The position numbers and the translations under genes are program-made. Below are positions 31,222 through 41,658 of a DNA stretch of 64,000 nucleotides, in pieces. The stretch is from Andalucia godoyi And28 (Eukaryota > Protista > Jakobida): positions 443,315 through 507,314 of the forward strand of contig VRVR01000003.1 of NCBI GenBank assembly GCA_009859145.1. Direction: 5' to 3'. Numbering within the stretch: the first letter of the stretch is position 1; each line of letters starts with the position of its first letter. Below the pieces are notes generated by a model. It was given only the letters and a program-made list of their open reading frames with translations. It was not told where the DNA came from and made no database searches.

Positions 31222-33774
31222 ATGAGGCACGTGCACAAGGAGGCGTACGGCGCAGCAGTTGCGTTCATCGTTTTTTGCTTTTGCGTCTGCTTTCCAAAGA
31301 CAGCAGTTGCAACGTGTCCTATTCAGATTGAAGATCCAAGCTTCGAAACGCCGGTGCTTCCGATGACCTTCCTGCGGGAACGCTTTTCTTTTCTTGGAGC
31401 GTCTACACAGTATTGTCCGTCCAATGCGTCGCACATTGCTCTCTCGTTTGCGATCGACTCGACACTCTCCTGTGAATCATACCGCATTGCGCGACACGAA
31501 GGCAGTTATCATCGTGATAATGATCATCATGATGATAGTGGGTTTCAAGTTACTGTTTATGCATCAATTGAGTTGTGTCAGTCTGAGAATCCAAACTTGA
31601 GAAAAGGATCGGTGGAAACAACCGTGCTTGCGTTCTTGTATGGTGCGTATCGCACGTTGAGGGAAACTGGATTTGCGTTTTTGCATCCTTTCGATACCCT
31701 CGTTCCTGCGGCGCTCGGCATCAACGCAGATGGATCGATATCGCCCTTGATGACTCCAGGCGGGTCTGTTTTTGTCTCCTTTTCACACCCAGTTCGGTCG
31801 TACCATCTGCACAGTATGCATCCGCTGGAGTACACTCCGTACTTCAATGGATTTGGTATCAACAACTCGAGTTTGCTGGTCACAGAAGACGACGGGTCTT
31901 TTGAGAAGGTTGCGTTTGCTGAATTTCCGTTGATATGTGAGTGGATGATTGTGATTCAAGCGAACCGATTTTCATGGGTTCTGTTGGAGGATGACTCATT
32001 CAAGCTGTTTGCACAGTCCCCGGAACGGATTGCACGACTTGCGAAACTGGTGGACATTGCGCATTCCTTTGGATTGCTTGTCGGGCTTGATGTGCCTGTC
32101 TTTTTCCAGCAGCAGCACTCATGGAGGTTGGTGCCAGGTTCGTACAAATCGACGGCTGACGCCGTCTCGCAGATGAAAGCTAGAGTGGACTATCTTCGTC
32201 AAGCGGATTGGGACTTCTTGGAAACAGAAATGGGATCCTCCGAGTTCACACAAACCTCGGACGTGGAGATGGTTGCCTTGCTGAACGCAACGCAAATCTA
32301 CATTGCGGACGAACCGACTGTTCGGCCGATCTCGTTGTGGGTGAAAGTACACTGTTCGCAAGGGCAAACTGCTCCCCACTACGGAAATATTGATTATAAC
32401 TTCGTTGCCCAGTTTGCAGATCCGCGAGTTGTCTTGCTTCCTCACACTGTGCAGCCCTTTTCGCTGGATGATCCCACGTGGAATTCGTACGGAAACAGAA
32501 ACTTCACTTTCATGTTGGATTTTATGAAGTCGTTGCCTGCGGAGCGGCGATCCGTTTATTACGGAGAGACGGCGTATTGGGTGAACGACGATACGGCCAC
32601 CGGGATGTTTTGGCCGATTTACATTGATAGACGTGCACACGATCTGACGATCATCGAACAAGAGGTGCCCTACTGTCAAGGATTCCACACGTTCCATTCG
32701 GGTTTTGCGTGGGGATACAACCTGATTGATTATGCATTAATGTCTCTCTTTGATACGTCCATTCGTCCTCGTTTGAGCACTGCGACTGCAGAGCGAAACT
32801 GGGTGAAAGTTGTGTCTCCTATTTTTGGAAATACGCGAACCCAGTTGCTCACAGATCTGATTGACACGCAACGGGAGTGGTTTATCGAGAATGATGGCAT
32901 GGCATACGTTCAAGGCCAAGATACGTGGTCGGAAATCGGAGACGATATTGCGCACACCCACGAACAGCCACCGCGATCCTTGACCCCGTTGCCGCTGCTG
33001 ATGTCGTCCAAGTTCGCAGAGGTGGACAAGAAGCCTCGTGATTTGTATATTCAGTCTGTGCGATCGTTGTTGACGAATATGAGGAGCGCTTTCACCAATG
33101 TGACGGATCATATGAAAGCATTGGAAATGCCAGACGTTTCGCAGAAGCTGTCGTCCACTCCTGGGGTGTCCGTTGATTGGACTTCGCAGTGGAAGTTGGC
33201 TGCGCTTGTTTCCAAAGACTATTCGAGTTTTTGGTCCGATGTGTTGGATGGAACGTCCCTGCTGTCTCTCAGATCTTCTCAGATTGCCCTGATGTACGAG
33301 TCTTGCTTCACGCTGGAGTTTCCGACAGATGCATTGCACTCGATCTTTGTGGAAGCGACATCAATCGTTGAGCGTGGCCGTGATCGAATGAGAGTGGCGT
33401 ATCCTCAACGTTTGTACGGATGGATTCCCTCAAATCCGACGTCATACAACCACATGTATCTATGGACTGCGGATTCTCTGTATTTTATGTGGAGAGACGT
33501 GTTGCGAATTCACGAATCTCTTGTTGTTCACGCTGGTGGGTCCGATGTGATTGCTTGGCTGTGGATTTGGTCTCCGTGCTTTCTGAACATGGTTGACCCT
33601 CTGCAGATTGCAGGTCTTGGGGAAGGGGGATTTTCGACAGCATTTTCTGAGATTGTGTCGTGGGCCATCAAGGAGGAGCAACGCTGGCATGGGCATGGTG
33701 CCGAACCGTTCCTGCGCTGCACAAGTGCTCCCGAGCAGGCATTCCCAGTCGCCGATTGGTCCATCTTCAAATAG
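31222..33774 (+). CDS. Uncharacterised secreted protein (~850 aa)
   Basis: Long ORF with globular composition; signal-like MRHVHKEAYGAAVAFIVFCFCVCFPKTAVA at ATG 31222; His/acid motifs YHLHSMHPLE, WVKVHCSQG, PHTVQP, GETAYWV, FHSGFAWGY. Confidence 0.75.
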   Translation: MRHVHKEAYGAAVAFIVFCFCVCFPKTAVATCPIQIEDPSFETPVLPMTFLRERFSFLGASTQYCPSNASHIALSFAIDSTLSCESYRIARHEGSYHRDNDHHDDSGFQVTVYASIELCQSENPNLRKGSVETTVLAFLYGAYRTLRETGFAFLHPFDTLVPAALGINADGSISPLMTPGGSVFVSFSHPVRSYHLHSMHPLEYTPYFNGFGINNSSLLVTEDDGSFEKVAFAEFPLICEWMIVIQANRFSWVLLEDDSFKLFAQSPERIARLAKLVDIAHSFGLLVGLDVPVFFQQQHSWRLVPGSYKSTADAVSQMKARVDYLRQADWDFLETEMGSSEFTQTSDVEMVALLNATQIYIADEPTVRPISLWVKVHCSQGQTAPHYGNIDYNFVAQFADPRVVLLPHTVQPFSLDDPTWNSYGNRNFTFMLDFMKSLPAERRSVYYGETAYWVNDDTATGMFWPIYIDRRAHDLTIIEQEVPYCQGFHTFHSGFAWGYNLIDYALMSLFDTSIRPRLSTATAERNWVKVVSPIFGNTRTQLLTDLIDTQREWFIENDGMAYVQGQDTWSEIGDDIAHTHEQPPRSLTPLPLLMSSKFAEVDKKPRDLYIQSVRSLLTNMRSAFTNVTDHMKALEMPDVSQKLSSTPGVSVDWTSQWKLAALVSKDYSSFWSDVLDGTSLLSLRSSQIALMYESCFTLEFPTDALHSIFVEATSIVERGRDRMRVAYPQRLYGWIPSNPTSYNHMYLWTADSLYFMWRDVLRIHESLVVHAGGSDVIAWLWIWSPCFLNMVDPLQIAGLGEGGFSTAFSEIVSWAIKEEQRWHGHGAEPFLRCTSAPEQAFPVADWSIFK

Positions 33775-33854
33775 CAGTGTGATAAAAAGTTTATAGCACC
33801 CCCCCCCCCCCCCTCTCTGCTGCACGAAGCGTACCAAATCTCGAAACAAATGTG

Positions 33855-36800
33855 CTAGCGACCAAAACCTCCCGAGCCTGATGGTTGTTGAGATCCAAAC
33901 CCGCCCTGGGTTCCAAACGCCGAAAACCCGGTACCAAAACTGGATGGTTGCGAAGGCTGCTGACCAAACCCGCTCGGTTGCTGTCCGAAGGCACTTGGCT
34001 GCTGCCCAAATGCATTGGACTGCTGCCCAAACGTGCCCGACTGCGATCCGCTTGCCGGGATTGATGAATTGCCAGAGGCTTGCAAGAAGGCATTTCCGCT
34101 ACCACTGAAGCCGGGATTTGCAGCGAATGACGCGAACCCAGCGCCAGCGGCGACTGCGGTGGATGTGGTGTTGTTTGTTGGTGCGGAAGAAACAGGACCG
34201 AACGGATTCGATGAGCGCCCAATCTTCGCCGGTCCGCCGAAACCAGAGGATCCGAAAGCAGACGGTTGAGGACCCGCAGCGAACCCGGACAAAGAAGAAG
34301 ATCCAGTGGCAGAGGAAGCACCCGAAGGCACAGCTGGTGGTGCTCCAAATGCAGCTGCCCCACTTCCAAAGCCAGAATTAGAGACGGAAGACAGACTACT
34401 TCCTTGCCCAAATGCAGAGAATGAAGACGGCTGCAGTACATTTTGCCCAGAAGAATTTTGGAACGGTGATTCCACTTGCTTCGGGGGAAGCGACGGAGCA
34501 CCGAAACCAAAACTGGACGTCTGCGCAAACGCATTCCCAGCACCCAATCCCTGTCCAGATGCAAGGGGCTGCAGGTCTGTATGTAAAGATAAGCCAAGTG
34601 CGAAGCCAGGCGCTGACAATCCTGTGGCTTGCGTATCAGCATGATTGGAGGCAACGGAGTCCTTTTTCGCCCCGGAAAGCTCAAGAGCGGGTTTCTTCTC
34701 GGGCTGACCGAATGCCGCAGGCTGTGCAAAAGACAAGCTGGCAGGCGCATCCTTTTTCGCCCCGGAAAGCTCAAGAGCGGGTTTCTTCTCGGGCTGACCG
34801 AATGCCGCAGGCTGTGCAAAAGACAAGCTAGCAGGCGCATCCTTCTTCGCCCCGGAAAGCTCAAGAGCGGGTTTCTTCTCGGGCTGACCGAATGCCGCAG
34901 GCTGTGCAAAAGACAAGCTGGCAGGCGCATCCTTCTTCGCCCCGGAAAGCTCAAGAGCGGGTTTCTTCTCGGGCTGACCGAATGCCGCAGGCTGTGGGAA
35001 TGTGAAAGCAGAGAAAACAGACGAATCAGCACTCGGATTCTTGGGCAGCAAGGTTTCGCCAGATATTTGAGACGAATTGACAACGGAGGGAGCAGAAAAA
35101 TGGTCTTTTTTTCCTTGAGTGAATTCTGATGCAATCTTACTACCAGTTCCACTCGAGGTCGTTTCGGTCGCAATCGCTCCTCCAGAGGCATCGGGTTTTG
35201 AAGGAAAAGAGAAGACAGAATTTGTCGTCAAAGTCGTCGGAATCTTTGAGCTTTCAGCAATAGCATTGGTTTGTTGCGGCTGTGTATCAGTTGCCGTAGA
35301 TTTCAAAAACTGTGGAGCGGGTGATTTCGTGCCCAACATGTTCGACCCTTCAACGGATTGTTTTTGAGGTCCAATCGGACCTGCGCCGGCTGTGGAGGCA
35401 CTCCTTAAAGAAAGGGAAGTTTGCTGCCGTTTCTGGGAGGCTGAGTGCGAGTCACTGTTGGTGTCCTCCATCTTGCCGCCAGTAACGATGGAGGACGAGA
35501 CATTGGCTTGCTTGGAGGAACCAGTCGGCTGCAAGGGCATCATTTGTTGGGAAACCTTCGCAATCACAATTGACGGTGACGACTGCACTATCTGTTGCAC
35601 GCTATCCAGCCTACGCCAACGGGTTCGAGCCGGTGGAAGATCTGCACCTGCCGCACGTCCTACTGTCGCTGCAATGCGATCAACCTTTGAAATTTGTCCT
35701 GGAGAAAAGGTAGCTCTAGACGGAGAAGATGCATGCAGATTCAATAGCGACAGATCTGGCAGTCCGTACCTTGTCTTCCCACGAATTGATGCAGCCTTCT
35801 GGCGGGCCTGCCAGAGCTTGTCGACGCGAATCTTCAGCTCCTTGACGTAATCCAGCATATTGCGAGAAGATGAAAACCTGTCTTGAGCAATTCTGTACAA
35901 CCTCGCAATCTTGTCTTCTTTTCGTTGAAGCGACAGGGCATCATTCGCGGGACAGCACAATTCCAGTTCAACAAAAATCTCATTGATCAAAGTTCGAAGA
36001 CACGAAACTCTCTCTGTCAACCGAAGAGAGTCATCAACAAACGCATGTTCAGCGGACGAGAAGCTGGATGCACGGATTCGCAAAGAAGAAACACGCGGAG
36101 CCTCCCGTTTTCGGAGCAGGTCTTCTAATTCTTGAAGACGACCCTCCAGATCCTCCACAGAAGAGGCTCGTAAAGGACCCATATTTTCGCCAGAGACATT
36201 GGCATATGAAAGCTGGTGCTCACGAAGTTCGGCCTCGCACTTGACGCGTGTATCATGAATCAGCTGTAGCCCATTCGAAATAAATGCATCGACGATGTTT
36301 TCCAAATCTCGAGGAGTGCTTCCAAAAGCACGTCCGAATTCAGCAGCAGCAGTCTTGCATGCTTCAAAACCCGGTGAAATCTTCACGTGCTGGGGAGCCG
36401 AAACACTCTGCGAAGACGGCTTTTCGGTTTTTCTGCTGGACGACGTCGACGCTGCAAAAGACGGTAGCGGCTTCTGCTCGGCAGTGGTCCCAAGCGACAA
36501 TGCTGGTTTCTGTTCTGCAGTCGTCCCAAACGACAATGCTGGTTTCTGTTCTGCAGTCGTCCCAAACGACCCAAACGGTTTCTGCTCGGCAGTCGTCCCA
36601 AACGACCCAAACGGTTTCTGCTCGGCAGTCGTCCCAAACGACAATGCTGGTTTCTGTTCTGCAGTCGTCCCAAACGACAATGCTGGTTTCTGTTCTGCAG
36701 TCGTCCCAAACGACCCAAACGGTTTCTGCTCGGCAGTCGTCCCAAACGACAATGCTGGTTTCTGTTCTGCAGTCGTCCCAAACGACAATGCTGGTTTCTG

Positions 36801-38498
36801 TTCTGCAGTCGTCCCAAACGACCCAAACGGTTTCTGCTCGGCAGTGGTCCCGAACGACAATGCTGGTTTCTGTTCGGCAGTCGTCCCAAACGACAATGCT
36901 GGTTTCTGCTCGGCAGTGGTCCCAAACGACAATGCTGGCTCTTGCTGCTGTTGCCCAAAACTGACACTAGCAGGACTCTGCTCAACTGCCGGAACTGCAG
37001 GAAGAGCAGCACGAGACAGATTCTGGTAGTTGCCCGCGGTCTTCTTCGCTTCCTCCGATTCCGATTGCAGCGGCTCCAGTGTTGCTATTCTAGAAGAAAT
37101 CGTGTTTAGTAAAGCATCTGAAGAAGCAGAAGGTGAATGGTCCAGTGCGTCCAGTGACGCTGATCCTGAAGAAAGTTTCAGAATAGAAGACCCCACGGTA
37201 GAAGTGCACAGCATTCCAGGAGACCAATGAAGCGTCGGGGCCATCTTCCGCAGAATCAAAGACATGTTCAGCCATTCTTCTTGTTCTTCTTGAGAGAACT
37301 TGCAAATGACAGCCCAGGATCGAATTGTCCCGGATGCACACAGAGCCAAAAAGAAAGGCTGCGGAGGTCGGGACGCATCCTCATCTTGCATTGGAGGGAA
37401 CTCAAATTGAGACGTTAAATCCAAGCAACAACTCTTCAAGGGATCTGCAACATCGTCTGCAAAGAACCCAATTTCTTCATCATCCTCTTTTCCAATGATT
37501 CTCTTGATCGTCCCGTCGGCAACGCGCATATAAGACATTCTGGAAAGATTTGGAAGACCAACAAAGATAAATCCAAAAGGCGGGAGAAAACTGATCACCG
37601 GGACGAATGGTCGAACCACTCTCGCTCCGTCCACCTTGTCAAATCCTTCGACAAAATCGTAAATATCAAATAACATGTTACCGTCAACGGAAAACGTTCC
37701 ATCAGGATGCAAATCAAATGACGCCAATTGCGGTGCGTATTCAAGCTCGTCGTCATCATCGAATGCCCACGCAAGTGACAGCAAAACCAATGACCTTGTG
37801 ACGAAATAAACATGGAATACAAAGGATGGCTCAGCTTCAAATGACAAGGAAGCAGAGTCGATCATTTCGCCAGAGCTGTTCAGCATAAACAAACGGTTTG
37901 AAGACGATACTGCTACCAACCGTCCGTCGAGTCCCGAAATGCCCACAATTTTCTCTGAATTTTCAATCTGGGGCAGCTGCATTACCGTGTATGTCTTCCC
38001 ACTCGCGGTCCCTCGAAGAACACCATCCTCGTTCGATACAACGAAAAACACGTCATCCGATGACCATGTTGCAGTTGTAATCCTCGACGCTGCAACATCA
38101 AATTGATATTCAGGAACAAGACCACCGCCAAGCACAAGCGTATCCACAGAAAACACAGCAACAGAATGCTCGCAAAAGAGAAGAATCCGAGACTCAGAAG
38201 GAGAGATGATGAATGATTCCAACCGGTTTGAATCCGTGCATCCCATTGAAGCAAGCTTCTCTAAAACACTTGGCTGGTTGAATGCGCTTGATTTTGCTGT
38301 GGAAAACACGTCAATTCCTTGCGAACTGCACGTCAAAAGCACAGATCGAGACTGCAGAACACCCATTACTTGGGTGCCGCGAATTCGAGGGCATGCGACG
38401 GGCGCTGTTCGACATTCTGCCAGCGATTTGTGCTTCACAGCTTTCCATCGAGGTTCTGGTACTTCTGATTTTGAGTCGCGTAGCACAAACTTCTTCAT
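33855..38498 (-). CDS. NUP214: FG nucleoporin Nup214/Nup159-like
   Basis: ATG at 38498; N-terminal ~430-aa beta-propeller-like region, central coiled coil, SFG/AFG repeats and a C-terminal FGQQ-rich tail. Confidence 0.75.
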   Translation of the reverse strand: MKKFVLRDSKSEVPEPRWKAVKHKSLAECRTAPVACPRIRGTQVMGVLQSRSVLLTCSSQGIDVFSTAKSSAFNQPSVLEKLASMGCTDSNRLESFIISPSESRILLFCEHSVAVFSVDTLVLGGGLVPEYQFDVAASRITTATWSSDDVFFVVSNEDGVLRGTASGKTYTVMQLPQIENSEKIVGISGLDGRLVAVSSSNRLFMLNSSGEMIDSASLSFEAEPSFVFHVYFVTRSLVLLSLAWAFDDDDELEYAPQLASFDLHPDGTFSVDGNMLFDIYDFVEGFDKVDGARVVRPFVPVISFLPPFGFIFVGLPNLSRMSYMRVADGTIKRIIGKEDDEEIGFFADDVADPLKSCCLDLTSQFEFPPMQDEDASRPPQPFFLALCASGTIRSWAVICKFSQEEQEEWLNMSLILRKMAPTLHWSPGMLCTSTVGSSILKLSSGSASLDALDHSPSASSDALLNTISSRIATLEPLQSESEEAKKTAGNYQNLSRAALPAVPAVEQSPASVSFGQQQQEPALSFGTTAEQKPALSFGTTAEQKPALSFGTTAEQKPFGSFGTTAEQKPALSFGTTAEQKPALSFGTTAEQKPFGSFGTTAEQKPALSFGTTAEQKPALSFGTTAEQKPFGSFGTTAEQKPFGSFGTTAEQKPALSFGTTAEQKPALSLGTTAEQKPLPSFAASTSSSRKTEKPSSQSVSAPQHVKISPGFEACKTAAAEFGRAFGSTPRDLENIVDAFISNGLQLIHDTRVKCEAELREHQLSYANVSGENMGPLRASSVEDLEGRLQELEDLLRKREAPRVSSLRIRASSFSSAEHAFVDDSLRLTERVSCLRTLINEIFVELELCCPANDALSLQRKEDKIARLYRIAQDRFSSSRNMLDYVKELKIRVDKLWQARQKAASIRGKTRYGLPDLSLLNLHASSPSRATFSPGQISKVDRIAATVGRAAGADLPPARTRWRRLDSVQQIVQSSPSIVIAKVSQQMMPLQPTGSSKQANVSSSIVTGGKMEDTNSDSHSASQKRQQTSLSLRSASTAGAGPIGPQKQSVEGSNMLGTKSPAPQFLKSTATDTQPQQTNAIAESSKIPTTLTTNSVFSFPSKPDASGGAIATETTSSGTGSKIASEFTQGKKDHFSAPSVVNSSQISGETLLPKNPSADSSVFSAFTFPQPAAFGQPEKKPALELSGAKKDAPASLSFAQPAAFGQPEKKPALELSGAKKDAPASLSFAQPAAFGQPEKKPALELSGAKKDAPASLSFAQPAAFGQPEKKPALELSGAKKDSVASNHADTQATGLSAPGFALGLSLHTDLQPLASGQGLGAGNAFAQTSSFGFGAPSLPPKQVESPFQNSSGQNVLQPSSFSAFGQGSSLSSVSNSGFGSGAAAFGAPPAVPSGASSATGSSSLSGFAAGPQPSAFGSSGFGGPAKIGRSSNPFGPVSSAPTNNTTSTAVAAGAGFASFAANPGFSGSGNAFLQASGNSSIPASGSQSGTFGQQSNAFGQQPSAFGQQPSGFGQQPSQPSSFGTGFSAFGTQGGFGSQQPSGSGGFGR
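34659..34995 (-). repeat. Coding tandem repeat, 90-nt unit, ~3.7 copies (QPAAFGQPEKKPALELSGAKKDAPASLSFA)
   Basis: Near-identical 90-nt units starting at 34661, 34751, 34841 and 34931, in frame within the nucleoporin. Confidence 0.95.
36470..36940 (-). repeat. Coding tandem repeat, 36-nt unit x13 (PALSFGTTAEQK / PFGSFGTTAEQK)
   Basis: 13 in-frame 12-aa FG units with two variants. Confidence 0.95.
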
Positions 38499-38965
38499 CG
38501 AATAGATCGTATCTGAATGTAAATTTAGCAAGAAAGTCTTCTTTTTCTCCCTAGCGACCAAAACAAATAATAACGCAAATGAAAAATGAAAAATGAAAAA
38601 TGAAAAAAGAAGAAGAAAAATGAAGAGAAAAAAAAAATGAAGAGAAAATGAGAATAAAGGCAAAACAGCGCGAGGAATGCCCAACTTGCCACGATGCTTT
38701 TTGGATTCCAGACATCAAACTACGATCGCCGCCGCAGTGATGACCTCACATGAGGCCGAAATGGGGGAAGTGTGCGCTGTACGGACTCAACTAGTCACAA
38801 GCTTAACGGAAACAGAATCATCACATTTTATTAAAATTCAACATGTTACTTTTCATTAATTTACTTTTGTGGGTTTCCTTCTGTTCATATTTCACGCAGC
38901 GTGTTTCTAGTCACAGCAGTGTGTCGATCTTTTTTCCTCACCCCACCCAAAAAAGAGGAGGAATT

Positions 38966-41425
38966 ATGGGTGCTGATTATGGAGATTCCGGTCTCGGCTC
39001 CGGTTCCGGCGGCACTTGGACGTCTGCAAATGCTCTTCAAAACGATCCTTATTTCTCGAGCACCGTTTCGTCCTCTGTGAATCGAAATCCAGCAGCCCAT
39101 GAGTCGTCTGACAGTCTGCTCTCTCTAGCGGCGTCCTCTGCAACAAGCCGGAAAGGACATGTTCTTGGGGATCAGTTCGTTTCCAAAACACAGCTCAAGA
39201 CAGCAAAGGATTTTATAAAGGCGTTGGAAAAGCCAGGTTCGCAGCCGGCTCCGTCTCTCAACTCCATTCAGTCGTCTAAATGGGAGAAGGCCGCGAAGCT
39301 TGCGAGTCTGGCTGCGAAGCAAGGTGTTGTGATGGGGGCTGCTCCAAAGCCGATGCCGGTGATTCGGGACGATGATGAGACCTCGGATAAAGGATGGGGC
39401 GATCTGTCATCGGGTGAAGAAGATCGGGAGAATCGAAAGATTCAAGAAAAAGTGATCAATTCGTTCAAGAGGTCCGCGAACAACAGCATTATGGGGACAT
39501 CGGGAGCCGCGGGACATGTACTTTCAAAATCGACTTCGCATGGCGGCGGGTCTGCGACTGCGTCGAATGTTTCCACTGCGGAGTCGCTGAGTGCTTCGGA
39601 GCCCAAGAAGGCGACTTCATCGATGTGGAAAAACGCTGCGGAGCTTGCAAAACTGTCTGCCAAATACGGAGTCATAACTGCGGGACCAAGATCTCCGTCA
39701 ACCGTGGAGTCTTCTCTGTCCATTGAGGACAGCAAAGATTGGGGGGACGTTGACTCGTCGTCTGACCAAAGTGACACGCAGCCCAAGCTAAAAATGGTTG
39801 TTGCAAAGGGTGACTGGGATGATTCCGAAGAAGATGAGGTGTCTGGGGGAAAGCCCTCTCCGGTCCCCGTTGTAGCAGGTAGCGCTGGAACAGGAAAATC
39901 GAACATTGCAGCCATGCTTCCGTCTTCCATTCTGTCCCAATTCAATGTCCAGTCGATCAAAAGCCTTGATTCCCGAGAGTCTTCTCCCGTGGTTGCAAAC
40001 AAGAGTTCAAGCTCGTCCTCGGGTATGGCATTCAGTCAACAGCCGGTCGATATCAGCGTTGATAGCAGCGCAAAGGATTGGGGAGATTCATCCGTTGAAT
40101 CCGATGTCGAAATGATCACCACTCAAGCTGTGCTTTCCCAGAAAAGGGAGGCCAAGAACGATTTCGATCAACCTTCAATCCCGAGAGTCCGTCAAGATCA
40201 AAATTGGACGTCTCCACAGATATCTCATATTGCGGAGAAAACAGAGCCACAGCCAGGAAGCAAGCAGCCAGTTGCACGCCCGTCGCTTGTGGCTTCCATT
40301 GCTTCCAAAACCGCCGAAAACACATCGGGGCTCTCCAGTTCTCAAAAGAGCGCGTCTGAATCTGGAAATCTGTTTTCGTCCACCAAAACAGTCATTCACC
40401 GCCCGATTTTCCCTGCAGCACCTGCGCGAACATCTCCTTCACCCAGGCCCTCCTCTCCTGTATCTGTCCGAACACCCTCAACGGCCCCAATGGATGAAGA
40501 ATCCGTCGAGGAGATTGTCTCAGAAGTCGGAGAATCTGTGAATCATTCCCGCATGAACGCGCAGTATGAGGATGATGGCAGTATCCGCAGCTTGCGACAG
40601 TCACAAAAATCCTTCTTGGGACTAGATAAGCAACAGGATCGCTCCGATGTTGACAGTGAGAGCCTATCGCACTCACAGAATTATGAACAGGATTTTGAGT
40701 CCTTTGCTTCGGGAAGTGAAAAGTCTCCAGCAGCGATCGGCATTCCCGCTCTGCGCCTGTCGAATGCCAATCTTGCGATGGAGGACAGGCGGCATAGTAC
40801 GGCATCCACGCTTCCTGGGTCCGCGCCGTCTTCTGCGCGTCGCTCCCATCGAAAAGAAAAGTCGTCTTTTCGTCCTGCTGTCGACAAGATCGATGGAATG
40901 GAAATGTTTGAGCGTCTAGTCGAGGAAATGAGGCACCATCTGGAAAATCCGACGGTCTCTCCCGCGTCTCTTGCATCGCGCCATTATGGGCAGGATATGT
41001 TGTCGCAGTCTTTGCTGCAGAAAGATGTGCTGCGGAATATGGCGTTCCAGGTGCCGGTAATGATCGCTTCCCACACAATGTTCGACATGCAGATCCAGTC
41101 CCTGCGTCGAGATTACGAAAATTTGAAACGAAGATATGCCGAGGATCTCATGTCCGAGCTTCTGACTTCCAAGAAATCCAAATCGCGCTCACGAAAGGAA
41201 GAGCCTGCCTACACTTCGTACGACAAGACGATGAAATTTCTGAAACGAAACAAGCCAAAAGTCCTAAGCTGGAAAGAAGCTGTTCGTCTTGTGGAAGATG
41301 AAGACCCTTCGCTCAAACAGGTCCCTCTCACCGTCCGCTGCCCCTCCTCCTCCTCCTCCTCCTTCACCACCTCATCAACAACAACAACAACTTCTAGGAG
41401 GCCGCTGCCACTTATTGCGATATGA
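38966..41425 (+). CDS. Ser-rich low-complexity protein with a C-terminal C19orf44/DUF4614-like motif
   Basis: ATG at 38966. C-terminal YTSYDKTMKFLKRNKPKVLSWKEAVRLVE resembles the C19orf44 terminus as I recall it (YTTLEEAKEYIRxHRPxPLTxEEAL). Confidence 0.6.
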   Translation: MGADYGDSGLGSGSGGTWTSANALQNDPYFSSTVSSSVNRNPAAHESSDSLLSLAASSATSRKGHVLGDQFVSKTQLKTAKDFIKALEKPGSQPAPSLNSIQSSKWEKAAKLASLAAKQGVVMGAAPKPMPVIRDDDETSDKGWGDLSSGEEDRENRKIQEKVINSFKRSANNSIMGTSGAAGHVLSKSTSHGGGSATASNVSTAESLSASEPKKATSSMWKNAAELAKLSAKYGVITAGPRSPSTVESSLSIEDSKDWGDVDSSSDQSDTQPKLKMVVAKGDWDDSEEDEVSGGKPSPVPVVAGSAGTGKSNIAAMLPSSILSQFNVQSIKSLDSRESSPVVANKSSSSSSGMAFSQQPVDISVDSSAKDWGDSSVESDVEMITTQAVLSQKREAKNDFDQPSIPRVRQDQNWTSPQISHIAEKTEPQPGSKQPVARPSLVASIASKTAENTSGLSSSQKSASESGNLFSSTKTVIHRPIFPAAPARTSPSPRPSSPVSVRTPSTAPMDEESVEEIVSEVGESVNHSRMNAQYEDDGSIRSLRQSQKSFLGLDKQQDRSDVDSESLSHSQNYEQDFESFASGSEKSPAAIGIPALRLSNANLAMEDRRHSTASTLPGSAPSSARRSHRKEKSSFRPAVDKIDGMEMFERLVEEMRHHLENPTVSPASLASRHYGQDMLSQSLLQKDVLRNMAFQVPVMIASHTMFDMQIQSLRRDYENLKRRYAEDLMSELLTSKKSKSRSRKEEPAYTSYDKTMKFLKRNKPKVLSWKEAVRLVEDEDPSLKQVPLTVRCPSSSSSSFTTSSTTTTTSRRPLPLIAI

Positions 41426-41658
41426 TGAAGCAATCTAAAGCGCACGTAAAAACAAAAAAAAAACACTGCAACGCGCCATGCGCATGCGTTTGCTATCTTA
41501 GCAACTCCGTCACACGATGCCCGATTTGTTTCGCCCCATTATGATCATGAAATCCCTATAAACACGCAGCCGCGTTGCACTATGCATGTTGTTGGGTTGC
41601 AGCATTGATTATGGGTGATCAGCAATGATCATCCGTGGTTAGTGAACAATGCTGGCGT
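41402..41658. repeat. Dispersed repeat, copy 2 (has ~91 nt, including TATAAA, that copy 1 lacks)
   Basis: Blocks 41402-41451, 41471-41541 and 41635-41658 match 5574-5623, 5639-5709 and 5712-5735. Confidence 0.9.

Noticed and set aside
36470-36940. 36-nt direct-repeat array resembling CRISPR
   Set aside because: No unique spacers and no cas genes; the units are in-frame FG repeats of a nucleoporin.
36284-37029. Cys-rich and Gln-rich repetitive ORFs on other frames
   Set aside because: Alternative-frame readings of the nucleoporin repeat.
41635-41644. GTGGTTAGTG (1.5 copies of a 7-mer) as a possible telomerase template on the minus strand
   Set aside because: It does not encode a usual TTAGGG-type repeat, and the G-U-containing helices favour the plus strand.
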